From Candidatus Omnitrophota bacterium (GTDB lineage Bacteria; Omnitrophota; Gorgyraeia; 2-02-FULL-51-18): a stretch of DNA of 64,000 nt. The number at the start of each line of letters is the position of its first letter. The first letter of the stretch is position 1. Positions 47,861 through 58,059 of the stretch are shown piece by piece. The DNA lies in contig JAHFFN010000001.1 of the NCBI GenBank assembly GCA_023247915.1, positions 9,417 through 73,416 on the forward strand. The letters run 5' to 3'. The translations under genes were made by a program, and so were the position numbers. Under the pieces are notes generated by a model. It was not told where the DNA came from. It searched no databases and saw only the letters and a program-made list of their open reading frames with translations.

Positions 47861-49189
47861 CTATTTCTTTCCGATGGCAAATTTCTGCAAATATTCGTTT
47901 GGTTTTTTGCCGTCATAAGCGATATTGTCGATGAAATCGCTGGCCGGAGATTCCTTAAAGCCATCCGTTTGGGGAATGTCGGACTCCGCTAGCTTTCCTT
48001 CGGCGACAAGTTCTTTAGCCGCCTCCGTCCAAATGTCCGGACGATACACCTTCTTCGCCAATTCGAAATACCATTCATCCGGCTTGGATTCAATTTGCCC
48101 CCAACGCCTTATTTGCGTCAGCCACCAAATAGCGCCGGAATAATAAGGATAAGTCGTGTTATCCCTGAAAAAAACATCCCAATCCGGCTCGTCACGGATG
48201 TCGTCTTTTTCATATCCAAATTTTCCTTTGAGCATCCGGGAGATGATTTCATAATCGGCACCGACATATTCTGGCTTGGACAAAATTTTCGCGGCTTCTT
48301 CTCTATTCTCGACGCTCGCGTCAAGCCATTTACCCGCTTGAATCAACGCGCGCACGATCGCCTTTAGCGTTTCTGGATTTTTATCAGCCCATTCCTTGGT
48401 GACTCCGAAAACTTTGTCGGGCAGTCCTTTGGCATAAAAATAGCTGGAGGTCACCGGCACCCCGATGCCACGCACAGAAATTTGCGTATGCCAGGGGTCA
48501 TTCACGCAAACGCCTTGCACCGTCCCCGCTTGCAAAACAGCCGGCATTTGCGGAGGAGGGGTTACGGATAGCTGAACATCTCCCTCGGTATAGCCGTTCG
48601 TATCAGTCGGTGTATAAAAACCCGGGTGAATTCCTCCGGCCGCCAACCAATAACGAAAGGAATAGTTATGAACGCCGACAGGATACGTCATGGCAAGTTT
48701 GAAAGGTTTTCCTTCGTTTTTAAATTCTTCCACCACAGGCTTCATGGCATCCGCCTTGATAGGATGCACGGGCTTGCCATCGGATTGCACGGGAATATTC
48801 GGCTTCATTTTTTTCCAAACTTCGTTCGAAACGGAAATTCCCGCTCCATTTTGAGACATCACGTAAGGAACAATAATATGCGCTTTCGTCAGAAGACCTT
48901 CCGTGTGCCCGAGCGGAGCCGGCGCCAGCATATGCGAGCCGTCCAATTCACCGTCAATCACCCGGTCCATCAGAGTCTTCCAGTTGGCTTGAGCTTCAAT
49001 CTTGACATAGAGCCCTTCCGCCTCAAAAAACCCTTTTTCCTTGGCGATGACGATCGGCGCGCAGTCCGTCAATTTGATAAAACCCAGCGTCAACTCGTCT
49101 TTTTCAACTTCCGCGAACGCGACTCTTGTCATCAAACCTAAGCCCATACACACCAGCGAAATAACCATGATCCAAGTTTTATTTCTCAC
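47861..49189 (-). CDS. CmpA/NrtA family nitrate-binding protein
   Basis: Signal peptide, [36 protein letters not shown]. Confidence 0.9.
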   Translation of the reverse strand: MRNKTWIMVISLVCMGLGLMTRVAFAEVEKDELTLGFIKLTDCAPIVIAKEKGFFEAEGLYVKIEAQANWKTLMDRVIDGELDGSHMLAPAPLGHTEGLLTKAHIIVPYVMSQNGAGISVSNEVWKKMKPNIPVQSDGKPVHPIKADAMKPVVEEFKNEGKPFKLAMTYPVGVHNYSFRYWLAAGGIHPGFYTPTDTNGYTEGDVQLSVTPPPQMPAVLQAGTVQGVCVNDPWHTQISVRGIGVPVTSSYFYAKGLPDKVFGVTKEWADKNPETLKAIVRALIQAGKWLDASVENREEAAKILSKPEYVGADYEIISRMLKGKFGYEKDDIRDEPDWDVFFRDNTTYPYYSGAIWWLTQIRRWGQIESKPDEWYFELAKKVYRPDIWTEAAKELVAEGKLAESDIPQTDGFKESPASDFIDNIAYDGKKPNEYLQKFAIGKK

Positions 49190-49241
49190 AACCTACCTCC
49201 CATGGAATCTACTTTCATTTCTTTTTATAAAGAAACCAAAT

Positions 49242-49316
49242 AAAAAAGCATTCACCCGATTTTTCTTCGAGGAACGCCTTCGCCCTAAAACTTTTTGGGA
49301 AACGCCTTTATTTCCC
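49242..49316 (-). promoter_or_regulatory. ANTAR dual-hairpin antiterminator with intrinsic terminator
   Basis: GGGAAAT-AAAGGC-GTTTCCC, then GGGC-GAAGGC-GTTC overlapping the terminator GCGTTCCTCGA...TCGGGTGAATGC-TTTTTT. Confidence 0.8.
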
Positions 49317-49407
49317 TAAATGACTTACAAGAGAATTCTAGCTTTCTTAGATTACGCCCACGTTACGACTGAATGAAGAACATTTGAACATCCCGAATCT
49401 TCGAAAG

Positions 49408-51642
49408 CTAATGCCTTTTTGGCCGTTCCAGAAGCGGCACTGCGATGGAGCGCTCAACACGCACAGCGGCCTGTTTATAGTTGGGTTCTCTGGAAATGGG
49501 GTCGCAATCGCTTACGGTCAAATTGTTCGCGTTGGCCTCCGCGTAATGGAACGGGATAAAGATTTGCCCGGGAGCGATCGTCTCCGTGACGCGGAGAATG
49601 ACACGTTCGACCACTCCGCGCCTGGATTCCACACGCACGTAGTCGCCATGTTGAAATTTCAGATTCTGAGCATCCCGAGGATTCATTTCCACCCAGGCCT
49701 CGGGAGACAGCCGATTGAGCAGAGGAATCGCGCCTGTTTTAGTCCGTGTATGCCAATGTTCGACCGTTCTGCCGGTATTCAACCAAAAAGGGTAGTCCTT
49801 GTCGGGAACTTCGGACGGCGCTTTCCAATCAATAGGCCAAAGTTTCGCGCGGCCGTCCTCCGTCTCAAATTTTCCATCCGTATAAAGCCTCACGGATTCT
49901 TTAGGGGAACGCGTGCTACCTTCCTTAAACGGCCACTGAATCCCACCATGTTTTTCCAGAAGTTCATACGTGATCCCCGAATAATCACACAGCCGTCCGT
50001 GAGTCACCTTTTTCCATTCCTCAAAAGCGTCGCGCGGGCCTTTCCAATGAGGGTAAATGCTTTCCGACACGCCTAGTTCCTTGGCAATCATGAGAAAAAT
50101 ATCAAAATCAGATTTGGCTTCTCCCGGGGGCTCGACCGCTTTGTTCACCTTACTGACCATGCGCTCGGAGTTGGTGTAAGTGCCTTCTTTCTCCCCCCAA
50201 ACCCCCGCCGGCAACACAAGATCCGCGACTCGGCTGGTTGGAATCGGATGATACCCATCTTGAACCACTAGAAATTCAAGGCGTTCCAAACAATCCAAAA
50301 GATACGCTTGATTAGGAAATGAAACCAGTGGATTGGTCGCGATAATCCAAAGTGCTTTAATTTTTCCGGTCAATACCCCTTCGATAATATCGGGGTAAGC
50401 CATGCCACGGGAGGTGGGAATGATTTCCTCTTGGATGCCCCAAAGCGCCGCGAGCTCTTTACGATGCTCGGGATTTTCAAATTTCCGGTAGCCCGGCAAA
50501 CCGGATGTAAAACCAGCCTCCCGCGTACCCATCGCGTTGCACTGTCCTGTGATTGAAAATGGCGAAGCGCCGACGCGCCCGACATTGCCGGTGATGAGCG
50601 CGAGATTACAAATCGCGTTCACCGTTTCGGCTCCCTGCGCGCTATGATTAACACCCATTGTCCAAGCAATAAAAGGAGCGTTGGCACTGCCGTAAAGAAG
50701 CGCGATTTGACGAATGCGCTCAGGCGTAAGACCCGTGATATCACTCACCCGATCCGGTGTCCAAGATTCCAGATCTTCACGCAATTTTTCAAAACCGTTG
50801 GTATGTTTTTCGATGTAGCCGCGGTTAATTTTTTCTTCCTTAATCAGAATATGCATCATTCCGTTTAATAGAGCGATATCACTTCTGGGTTTGATCGGCA
50901 AATGAATATCGGCCATCATGGCCGTTTTTGTCACGCGGGGATCCACCACAATAAGAACTCGTCTTTTGTTTTTCTCAAGACGATAACAAAGAATGGGGTG
51001 ATTATCCGCGATATTGGCGCCGATCAAAAAAACCAGATCCGCTTTTTCCAGATCTTCATAAGAGCCCGGAGGGCCGTCGCTCCCAAATGACCGTTTGTAC
51101 CCGGACGCGGCGCTGGCCATACAAAGCGTCGTATTTCCATCGTAGTTTTTGGTCTTAAAACCAAGTTGCGCAAGCTTGCCAAGTGTGTAAAATTCCTCCG
51201 TGACTAATTGCCCCGTACCGATGATGCCCAAAGATTCTGGGCCGTATTTGTTCTGAATCGTCTGAAAGCGCCCCACCATCTCACGAATAGCCCAGTCCCA
51301 GCCGACCCGTTGGAATCGCTTATTTATTTTGAGTAAAGGGTATTTGGCGCGATTGGGCGCGTTGATCGCGTCATGTTCACAAAGTCCCTTGGGGCAAAGC
51401 CGCCCTTCGTTGACGGGATGGTTCTGGTTGCCTCGCACACTCACCGCTTTTCCTTTTTTGACGCCAATAAAAAGCCCGCAGCCTACCGAGCAATAACCGC
51501 AAGTGGTGGGAATCCACCGGTCTGGAATTTTGGCTTTGGACATGTAACCAAATTGCTCATCCACGTCATAAGCGTACTTTTCTGTTTGAAGATCAATCCC
51601 TAAGCGGCGGCGTACCGACTGAAAAAATGTTTTTGGATTCAA
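49408..51642 (-). CDS. assimilatory nitrate reductase catalytic subunit (NasA/NarB-like, Mo-bis-MGD)
   Basis: TTCGYCSVGCG...LCPKG, DGNTTLCMAS, TGQCNAMG, HWHTRTKT; no Tat signal. Confidence 0.88.
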   Translation of the reverse strand: MNPKTFFQSVRRRLGIDLQTEKYAYDVDEQFGYMSKAKIPDRWIPTTCGYCSVGCGLFIGVKKGKAVSVRGNQNHPVNEGRLCPKGLCEHDAINAPNRAKYPLLKINKRFQRVGWDWAIREMVGRFQTIQNKYGPESLGIIGTGQLVTEEFYTLGKLAQLGFKTKNYDGNTTLCMASAASGYKRSFGSDGPPGSYEDLEKADLVFLIGANIADNHPILCYRLEKNKRRVLIVVDPRVTKTAMMADIHLPIKPRSDIALLNGMMHILIKEEKINRGYIEKHTNGFEKLREDLESWTPDRVSDITGLTPERIRQIALLYGSANAPFIAWTMGVNHSAQGAETVNAICNLALITGNVGRVGASPFSITGQCNAMGTREAGFTSGLPGYRKFENPEHRKELAALWGIQEEIIPTSRGMAYPDIIEGVLTGKIKALWIIATNPLVSFPNQAYLLDCLERLEFLVVQDGYHPIPTSRVADLVLPAGVWGEKEGTYTNSERMVSKVNKAVEPPGEAKSDFDIFLMIAKELGVSESIYPHWKGPRDAFEEWKKVTHGRLCDYSGITYELLEKHGGIQWPFKEGSTRSPKESVRLYTDGKFETEDGRAKLWPIDWKAPSEVPDKDYPFWLNTGRTVEHWHTRTKTGAIPLLNRLSPEAWVEMNPRDAQNLKFQHGDYVRVESRRGVVERVILRVTETIAPGQIFIPFHYAEANANNLTVSDCDPISREPNYKQAAVRVERSIAVPLLERPKRH

Positions 51643-53354
51643 TGCTTTCCCCCGCTTTCGGTGAAAAAACCTCCGGGAATGTTTTTGGGCACCACCGTGA
51701 CAAAAAAAAGATATCGTCCTAAAAACTCGCTGGAAAGGGCGATCAAGAAAGAAATTCCGGCAAACACGGCCGTTCCTATTCCCGAAACCGCGTCGCGCGT
51801 CAAAAAGGAGCTTAGGTAAAAAAATGGGAGGATAAAACTATTCAAAGTTAAAAGTCCGATGCGTAAAAGAAAATGAACTCGGAAGCGCCGTGTCATCAGC
51901 AGTGCCGAATCATACAATTCAGGATTTTTCCCTTCATTGACTTGAAAAAGTCGTGCGAAAAGCACCAAGAGCTGAGAAAAACCGGCGACCGCCGAAATAG
52001 CAAGCCAACAAAGAACTGGTCCAAGACTCTCGCGCGTCAGATTCTTTCCCATAAACACCAAATGAAGACCATAAACCACCAAACTAAAAAGCGGCCCCAA
52101 AATAAATCCTGTAAGAAAGAAACGTAAAGGCGTGCGGATAGTGTTCCAGGCGGGTCTGGCTGGAACCAGATAAATTTTAGCGCTGGCAAAAATTCCTGCC
52201 ATGCCAGAAAAAGCGGCGATGCCGCCTATGGATACAAGGATCACTTCTGGAAACTCCAAGTGTAGAAAGGTTTCCGCTAAAAGTAAGGCCGCGTATGCCG
52301 CGCCCGCAAAAGAAAATAGAGAGAAAAATAAAATTTCACGGGAAAGCCACGAGCGCCGCCACATTCGAAGCGCTTTGTAAGCGTAGAGCGGACGCCCCAA
52401 ATGAAAAACAGACGCGGATAGGGCTAGCCCCGTCACCGCCAAAATACCCGACGCGCCAAACACCTGAAATTCTTCCAAAGGTTTTAAAAATCCGACGACA
52501 TGCGCCAAAAGACTTCCGAGCCACAGCGTCATCAGTCCTCCCGCCGCCAGTTGAGTCAGTACCGTCATGACGATCAAGGATGTGTGAGGCTCTTCCGGTT
52601 CAACGCGATGGCGGTTTAAGCGCATGGTATCTTCCGGCATCGATTCTGGAAGTGTGATCCGGGTTGTTGAAATAGTGATGCTTGAATCCGGCATATGGGG
52701 CGCATCCGCGGCCGAATGGTCTTTAAGCCACTCGGCGACATTCACTGTTTCGATACGAATCGCTTTTTCTGGGCAGGCCGCCACGCAGGCCGGCGCCATG
52801 CCATCCGCAAGCCGGCTATAACACATATCACACTTGGTAACAATGCCGCGTTCTTTATTAAATTGGGGAACGCCATAAGCACAATTCCAAGTGCAGTAGC
52901 GGCATCCGATACATTCTTCGGCCTTATGACGAACCACACCCGTTTTCGGATCTTTAAGATAAGCGTCTGTCGGACAACCGGTCAAACAAGCCGGATCGAG
53001 ACAATGATTGCAAGCCATGGACATGTGAAATTTCTTAGCATTAGGATAAATGCCGCCTTCAATCTCGCCGACACGCCGCCAGTTGACCGTCGCGGGATTG
53101 TTGTTCTGTTCATTGCAGGCCACCACGCAACACTGACAACCCACACAACGTGACATATCAAAATGAAAACGGTACTGTTCTCCGTCCGCCAGGGGCTCTG
53201 TCGGAATAAGCGACTCTATTGGCTCTACAACACCCAACACGGTGCCGGTGATTTTATTTCCGCGCGGCGCGTAATAGCCTTCCTTACCCACCCTATTTTT
53301 TAAGGGTAGATTGTATTTATCCATCATTTCAAAGATTAAAGACTCTTCCGGCAT
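51639..53354 (-). CDS. fused DmsB-like 4x[4Fe-4S] domain and DmsC-like membrane anchor
   Basis: CVGCQCCVVAC, CNHCLDPACLTGCP, CIGCRYCTWNC, CDMC...CVAACP; FHLGRP...SWLSRE, GRYLFF. Confidence 0.85.
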   Translation of the reverse strand: MPEESLIFEMMDKYNLPLKNRVGKEGYYAPRGNKITGTVLGVVEPIESLIPTEPLADGEQYRFHFDMSRCVGCQCCVVACNEQNNNPATVNWRRVGEIEGGIYPNAKKFHMSMACNHCLDPACLTGCPTDAYLKDPKTGVVRHKAEECIGCRYCTWNCAYGVPQFNKERGIVTKCDMCYSRLADGMAPACVAACPEKAIRIETVNVAEWLKDHSAADAPHMPDSSITISTTRITLPESMPEDTMRLNRHRVEPEEPHTSLIVMTVLTQLAAGGLMTLWLGSLLAHVVGFLKPLEEFQVFGASGILAVTGLALSASVFHLGRPLYAYKALRMWRRSWLSREILFFSLFSFAGAAYAALLLAETFLHLEFPEVILVSIGGIAAFSGMAGIFASAKIYLVPARPAWNTIRTPLRFFLTGFILGPLFSLVVYGLHLVFMGKNLTRESLGPVLCWLAISAVAGFSQLLVLFARLFQVNEGKNPELYDSALLMTRRFRVHFLLRIGLLTLNSFILPFFYLSSFLTRDAVSGIGTAVFAGISFLIALSSEFLGRYLFFVTVVPKNIPGGFFTESGGKH

Positions 53355-53356
53355 TT

Positions 53357-53734
53357 TTATTCGGTTTCTTTAGCGGATGGAATGGCTGACGGGGCAGTGG
53401 AGGGAGTGCAAAGCTTTGAATTTTTAAAATCAACGCAGATTTTTTCTTGAATGACTTTCACGGGATAAACTTTGACCTGCCCTTCACCACCGCTGAGCGC
53501 GCATCCGGTTTTAAGATCAATTTTCCAATTATGGAGAGGACAAAAAACCGACTTTCCCGATACGATGCCATCCGCCAAAGGACCTTGCTTGTGAGGGCAA
53601 TGATTGTCGATCGCTAAATATTCATTTCCCAAATTAAATAACGCGATTTCATAATTTTGATAAATCACGCGTTTTCCTTCTCTGAGTGGGAGTGAGCCCC
53701 TATCCGCTACCGGAACCCATTGCATTGATTCCAT
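53357..53734 (-). CDS. nirD: nitrite reductase small subunit (Rieske-type)
   Basis: CPHKQGPL, CPLHNW. Confidence 0.9.
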   Translation of the reverse strand: MESMQWVPVADRGSLPLREGKRVIYQNYEIALFNLGNEYLAIDNHCPHKQGPLADGIVSGKSVFCPLHNWKIDLKTGCALSGGEGQVKVYPVKVIQEKICVDFKNSKLCTPSTAPSAIPSAKETE

Positions 53735-56175
53735 TAGAGGCTCCCAATCAAGGCTTCCGCCTCTTTGGGCAAAACCAGTTCAGAGAATTGAAGCGGGTGA
53801 ATATTTTTTTCGGATTCCGTTTTCCAGGGATCCACCGCCTTTGATTTCGCCTTCGCCAAACGATCCAATAATCCTTTTTTTATTTCATCGGAAGCCAACA
53901 CCGTTTCACGGCGGATTGTCTCAAGGCCTACGCGTACCACAAAATCATAAGTTCTTTCCAAGTATTCGCCATTCTCGCGATAATATTGGAAAAAGAGCAG
54001 CGCCGCCTCGAGCGCCTCTTCGGTTGTTTTCACCGTAATCAAAATATCCGCCGCGCGCACGATTTTCCCCGCCCCACCGCCGATCACAACCTGCCAACCA
54101 CCTTCAATTCCAACCAACCCGATGTCTTTAACCGTCGCTTCCGCGCAGTTTCTCGGGCAACCCACGACACCCATTTTTACTTTTCCGGGAGTGTAGAGAC
54201 CTTCAAGAAGCGTTTCAAGTTTAATGCCTGTTTCAATAGAGTTTTGAGTGCCATAACGACAGAAATCAGTCCCCACGCAAGACTTCACCATGCGCACCGC
54301 TTTCGCGTAAGCGTGACCTGAATTCATTCCAAGATCCGCCCACATTTTCGGCAAATCTTCTTTTTTAACACCCAATAGATCGATGCGCTGACTGCCGGTG
54401 ACCTTCACCATCTTCACATTGTATTTTTCAGCGGCATCCGCGATCTTTCTGAGTTCATTGGGTGTTGTCACGCCTCCCTTCATACGTGGAATCACCGAAA
54501 ATGTCCCGTCCTTTTGAATATTAGCGTGAACACGATCATTGATATAACGCGCGGAGCGGTCTTCCTTATGTTCTCCCATCCAAACCTCATCCACCAAAAA
54601 GCTTAAGGCCGGCTTACAAAACGAACAGCCCGTGCTGTTGCCGTAAATATCAAGAATATCTTGAACTGTTTTTAACTTTTGTGTTTGGATCATCGTTCGA
54701 AGTTTTGTTTTCGCGAACGGCACGCAGGCGCACAGCACCTCTTTTTTTTCTTCTTGGAATTCGGCTCCCACCACCGCTTTTAAAATATCCCCGACCAAAC
54801 ACGCGCAGGTTCCGCACCCGCTCGACGCCTTGGTGCAAGCTTTAACCTCTGAGACTGTTTTAAGAGCGTTTTCACGGATGGCCGTGACAATCTGCCCTTT
54901 AGACACTCCGATACAGCCGCAAATCGTATCCGTATCCGGGCGTGACATGACATCCGTCGGGGAGCCAGGCACCGCGGGTGGCACGTCAAAAAGAAGACGA
55001 TGCCGCTTGTCTCCGACGCGATCTTGTTTTCGAATCATTTCTAAAAAACGGTTGGCGTCGGAAGAATCCCCGATAAGAATCGTGCCAATGACACGCTCCT
55101 GATGCACCACCACTTTTTTATAAACTCCGAAAGCATGGTCTTGATAGCTGATGACTTCCTTTTCAGGTTCTCCGTCTTTAAAATCTCCAGCCGAAAAAAG
55201 CTCAATGCCCATTACTTTTAGTTTTGTCGCAAGAGTGGACCCCTCATAAATGGAGCCTTTGTTGCCAGTAATAGTCGCCGCCAGCACTTTCCCCTGTTCG
55301 TACAGCGGCGCCACAAGACCATAAACTTTCTCGCGGTGCTCCACGCATTCGCCGATAGCAAAAATAGACGGATCGCTGGTTTCCAGGAAATCGTTCACCA
55401 CGATGCCTCGATTTATTTTTAAATCGGCCTTTTTAGCCAATTCCACGTTTGGACGGATCCCGCACGCGATCACCACGATGTCCGCCGGAACAATGGATCC
55501 ATCTTTAAAAAGCACTCCCTCGACAGAATCCTCACCCATGATCCGGTTAGTATTTTTATTTAGGAGAACTTCGATTCCCAGTTTTTCAATTTCCCTTTTT
55601 AGAAATTGTCCCCCCACCGTATCCAGCTGGACATCCATCAAGCGATCCATGATATGAACAACGGTTACCTGTTGCCCCTGATTCAAAAGTCCGCGCGCGG
55701 CTTCAAGCCCTAAAAGACCTCCGCCAATAACAACCGCTTTTTTGGCGGATTTACAATGCTCCAAAATTCCGTGTGTATCCGCCATATTTCTGAAAACATA
55801 AACTCCTTTTTTTCGAACTCCCTCAATCGGAGGAATGAAAGGATTACTACCTGTCGCTAAAAGCAAAAGGTCATAAGAAAACGCGTTTCCTTTGTCTGTC
55901 TCCACCGTTTTATTCAAGGCATCAATGTCTATAATTTTTGTGCCTAGATGCACGGTGATATTATTTTTTTTGTACCATTCTTCGGTATTGATATAAATAT
56001 CTTCGATGGATTTTTCACCCGCCAACACAGACGAGAGAAGAATCCGGTTATAGTTGTAATAGGGTTCTTCTGAGAAAACTGTGATTCTAAAATTTGGTTT
56101 CTGTTGGAGTATTTGATCCACACAGGCCATGCCTGCCATGCCATTTCCGACGACAATCAGATGCTTGGGTTTCAT
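53734..56175 (-). CDS. nirB: NAD(P)H nitrite reductase large subunit
   Basis: GNGMAG, GGGLLGLE, BFD-like Cys clusters, HANIQKDGT, CVGTDFC, GCPRNC. Confidence 0.95.
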   Translation of the reverse strand: MKPKHLIVVGNGMAGMACVDQILQQKPNFRITVFSEEPYYNYNRILLSSVLAGEKSIEDIYINTEEWYKKNNITVHLGTKIIDIDALNKTVETDKGNAFSYDLLLLATGSNPFIPPIEGVRKKGVYVFRNMADTHGILEHCKSAKKAVVIGGGLLGLEAARGLLNQGQQVTVVHIMDRLMDVQLDTVGGQFLKREIEKLGIEVLLNKNTNRIMGEDSVEGVLFKDGSIVPADIVVIACGIRPNVELAKKADLKINRGIVVNDFLETSDPSIFAIGECVEHREKVYGLVAPLYEQGKVLAATITGNKGSIYEGSTLATKLKVMGIELFSAGDFKDGEPEKEVISYQDHAFGVYKKVVVHQERVIGTILIGDSSDANRFLEMIRKQDRVGDKRHRLLFDVPPAVPGSPTDVMSRPDTDTICGCIGVSKGQIVTAIRENALKTVSEVKACTKASSGCGTCACLVGDILKAVVGAEFQEEKKEVLCACVPFAKTKLRTMIQTQKLKTVQDILDIYGNSTGCSFCKPALSFLVDEVWMGEHKEDRSARYINDRVHANIQKDGTFSVIPRMKGGVTTPNELRKIADAAEKYNVKMVKVTGSQRIDLLGVKKEDLPKMWADLGMNSGHAYAKAVRMVKSCVGTDFCRYGTQNSIETGIKLETLLEGLYTPGKVKMGVVGCPRNCAEATVKDIGLVGIEGGWQVVIGGGAGKIVRAADILITVKTTEEALEAALLFFQYYRENGEYLERTYDFVVRVGLETIRRETVLASDEIKKGLLDRLAKAKSKAVDPWKTESEKNIHPLQFSELVLPKEAEALIGSL

Positions 56176-56245
56176 AGAGACTTTTTATTGCTTGTCATGA
56201 GCGTTCCTTCTGATTTAAAAAATAAAATCCTTACCATAAACGAGC

Positions 56246-56288
56246 GATGCTTCTTCGCACCCGTTTAAAATAAGGACGTCTTTATCCT
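56246..56288 (-). promoter_or_regulatory. ANTAR dual-hairpin motif in the nirB leader
   Basis: AGGAT-AAAGAC-GTCCT and GGTGC-GAAGAA-GCATC; the second is embedded in an alternative stem TAAACGGGTG/CGCTCGTTTA. Confidence 0.65.
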
Positions 56289-56307
56289 AATTAATTTTTA
56301 AATAAAA

Positions 56308-56997
56308 TTACTTTTCCAGCTCAGCCGCCATCAAGATCGCTTCCGCGATTTCTTTCTGGGGTTTGTTCTTATCCATGCTGGCCTTCTGAATAAAGCGATG
56401 GGATTCTTCTTCGCCCATATGGTATCTCTTCATTAAGATCCGTTTTGCGCTATCCAAAGCCTTTTTCGTATTTAACGCTAACCGTGCTTCCGCTTCCTCC
56501 GAAACCAGCCTCCCGTGTTCCACCATGATCGCCGCTTGGTTGGCAATGGTCTGAACCAGCTGCACCTCTTCCTTAGAAAAGGTTTTTTCTTCTTCCGTGT
56601 AACAATTCAACACGCCGATCACTTTATCGGAAAGCATGAGTGGTACCGATAACAAAGAGCATAAACCTTCTTGCTTGGCGATTTCAGGGTAACTGTAAAT
56701 CGCATCCTGAGTCACATCCGCCACCTGAATCGCTTGTTTTTTGACCACCACGCGACCCGAGATGCTCTGCCCCACCTTAATGGGGGGTTTGTCGCGATAA
56801 GCGGCGCTCAAACTTTGAGTGGCTCTAATCACCAACTCTTCTTTATTTTTAGAGAGCAACATTAAAGAACAAATTTTAGACCCGATCAGTTCCGCCGTCA
56901 TCCCAACCACTTGCTGGAGAATGGCATCCAGATCTTGCTTACCTACCAAGGATCGGCTTATCTGATACAGCACTTCTAGCTGACGTTTTTCTTTCAC
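56308..56997 (-). CDS. GAF-ANTAR RNA-binding regulator
   Basis: GAF domain (SLLSVPL...VIGVLN...FSKEEVQL) plus ANTAR (AKRILM...EEESHRFIQKASMDKN...EIAEAI). Confidence 0.88.
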   Translation of the reverse strand: MKEKRQLEVLYQISRSLVGKQDLDAILQQVVGMTAELIGSKICSLMLLSKNKEELVIRATQSLSAAYRDKPPIKVGQSISGRVVVKKQAIQVADVTQDAIYSYPEIAKQEGLCSLLSVPLMLSDKVIGVLNCYTEEEKTFSKEEVQLVQTIANQAAIMVEHGRLVSEEAEARLALNTKKALDSAKRILMKRYHMGEEESHRFIQKASMDKNKPQKEIAEAILMAAELEK

Positions 56998-57284
56998 TGG
57001 ATGTTCCTGCTTTTTATAGAAGTATACTGGGGCTTGTTACGAATAGATTAACCTGGGGTTAAAATCGGGAGGTGGGGGTTGTGGGATCGCCGGGAGCGGG
57101 ACGTGACGCTGAATACATTTTCTTTAACAAAACCCTAGAAAGTGCGATAATAATTTCCGTAGTAGCCTTCCCTCGAGGGATCAGTCCTACCACTTAAATT
57201 GACCTCGAAGTAGTTCAGCCCAACTGAACGAAAGAAATGACAAAACCTGGTCGTTTACTTCACATTCAAAAAGGGGCTTGAACT

Positions 57285-57821
57285 ATGTCAAAACACATCG
57301 TTTCTGTTATTCAGGGTTCTGCGATTTCTTCAAAAATCTATCTGATCCGCGGAAAGCGCATCATGCTCGATTCTGATCTTGCGGAGCTATACAACGTTGG
57401 CACAAAAGTCATGAATCTAGCTGTTCGGAGAAATCTTAAGCGCTTTCCCGATGACTTTATGTTTCAGCTTTCTCAGGAAGAGACCGAATCTTTGAGGTTT
57501 CAAATTGAAACCTCAAAGAAAGGCCGTGGTGGCCGCCGTTATCTTCCCTATGCTTTTACTCAAGAAGGGGTGGCGATGCTTTCGGGTATTTTGAATAGCG
57601 ACCGAGCCATTGAGGCTAATATCCTCATCATGCGTGCCTTCACCAAGCTCCGGGAAATGGCCTCCGTGAACGAACTTATTCGTCAAAAGATAGATGACCT
57701 TGAGCATAAATATGAAAAACACGAAAAGAAATTTAAAATTATTTTTGAGGCGCTTCGAGAACTATTGGAACCAGCAAAACTATCAAAGAAAAAACCTATT
57801 GGATTCCACACGAAATACTAG
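57285..57821 (+). CDS. ORF6N domain DNA-binding protein
   Basis: IRGKRIMLDSDLAELY...VRRNLKRFPDDFMFQL...PYAFTQEGVAMLS...IGF. Confidence 0.88.
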   Translation: MSKHIVSVIQGSAISSKIYLIRGKRIMLDSDLAELYNVGTKVMNLAVRRNLKRFPDDFMFQLSQEETESLRFQIETSKKGRGGRRYLPYAFTQEGVAMLSGILNSDRAIEANILIMRAFTKLREMASVNELIRQKIDDLEHKYEKHEKKFKIIFEALRELLEPAKLSKKKPIGFHTKY

Positions 57822-57833
57822 GGGAGAAAAATG

Positions 57834-58027
57834 TGAGCCGGGCGCGGATCGGCGCCCTCCACTACGTAAGTCTTGTCGACTCCGTCGACAAGCTTACTTC
57901 GTTCCGGGTCGGCCATTCGACGTCGTTGATGGATGGCGTAAACTAATTGAGTTGTCTTTGTGGCAACTCAATTAGTTTACGCTTTTATTTGGGCAACGAC
58001 GTCTCTCTTCGATCCGCGCCCGGCTCA
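57834..58027. repeat. tRNA-trailing structured element, copy E3; its termini copy the tRNA-Lys 3' end
   Basis: 57834-57851 = 58060-58077; 58008-58033 is a perfect inversion of 58054-58079; shares ggcgccct, cttcgtt, cgggtcggccattcg, ctttgtggca and ctctcttcga motifs with E1/E2. Confidence 0.85.
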
Positions 58028-58059
58028 ATTTTTGAACCGAAAAAAAACCCGAAAAAAAT

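Noticed and set aside
51580-51642. Tat signal on the nitrate reductase (SVRRRL)
   Set aside because: No hydrophobic h-region follows the arginines.
57834-57851. tRNA-Lys 3'-end direct repeat as the att site of an integrated island or prophage
   Set aside because: It is only ~210 bp from the tRNA, is paired with an inverted copy, and no integrase or phage genes are present; the same applies at 1426-1443.
58008-58033. Retroviral-style primer-binding site for mature tRNA
   Set aside because: The complement continues into the genomic trailer and lacks TGG (anti-CCA), and no reverse transcriptase is in the window.
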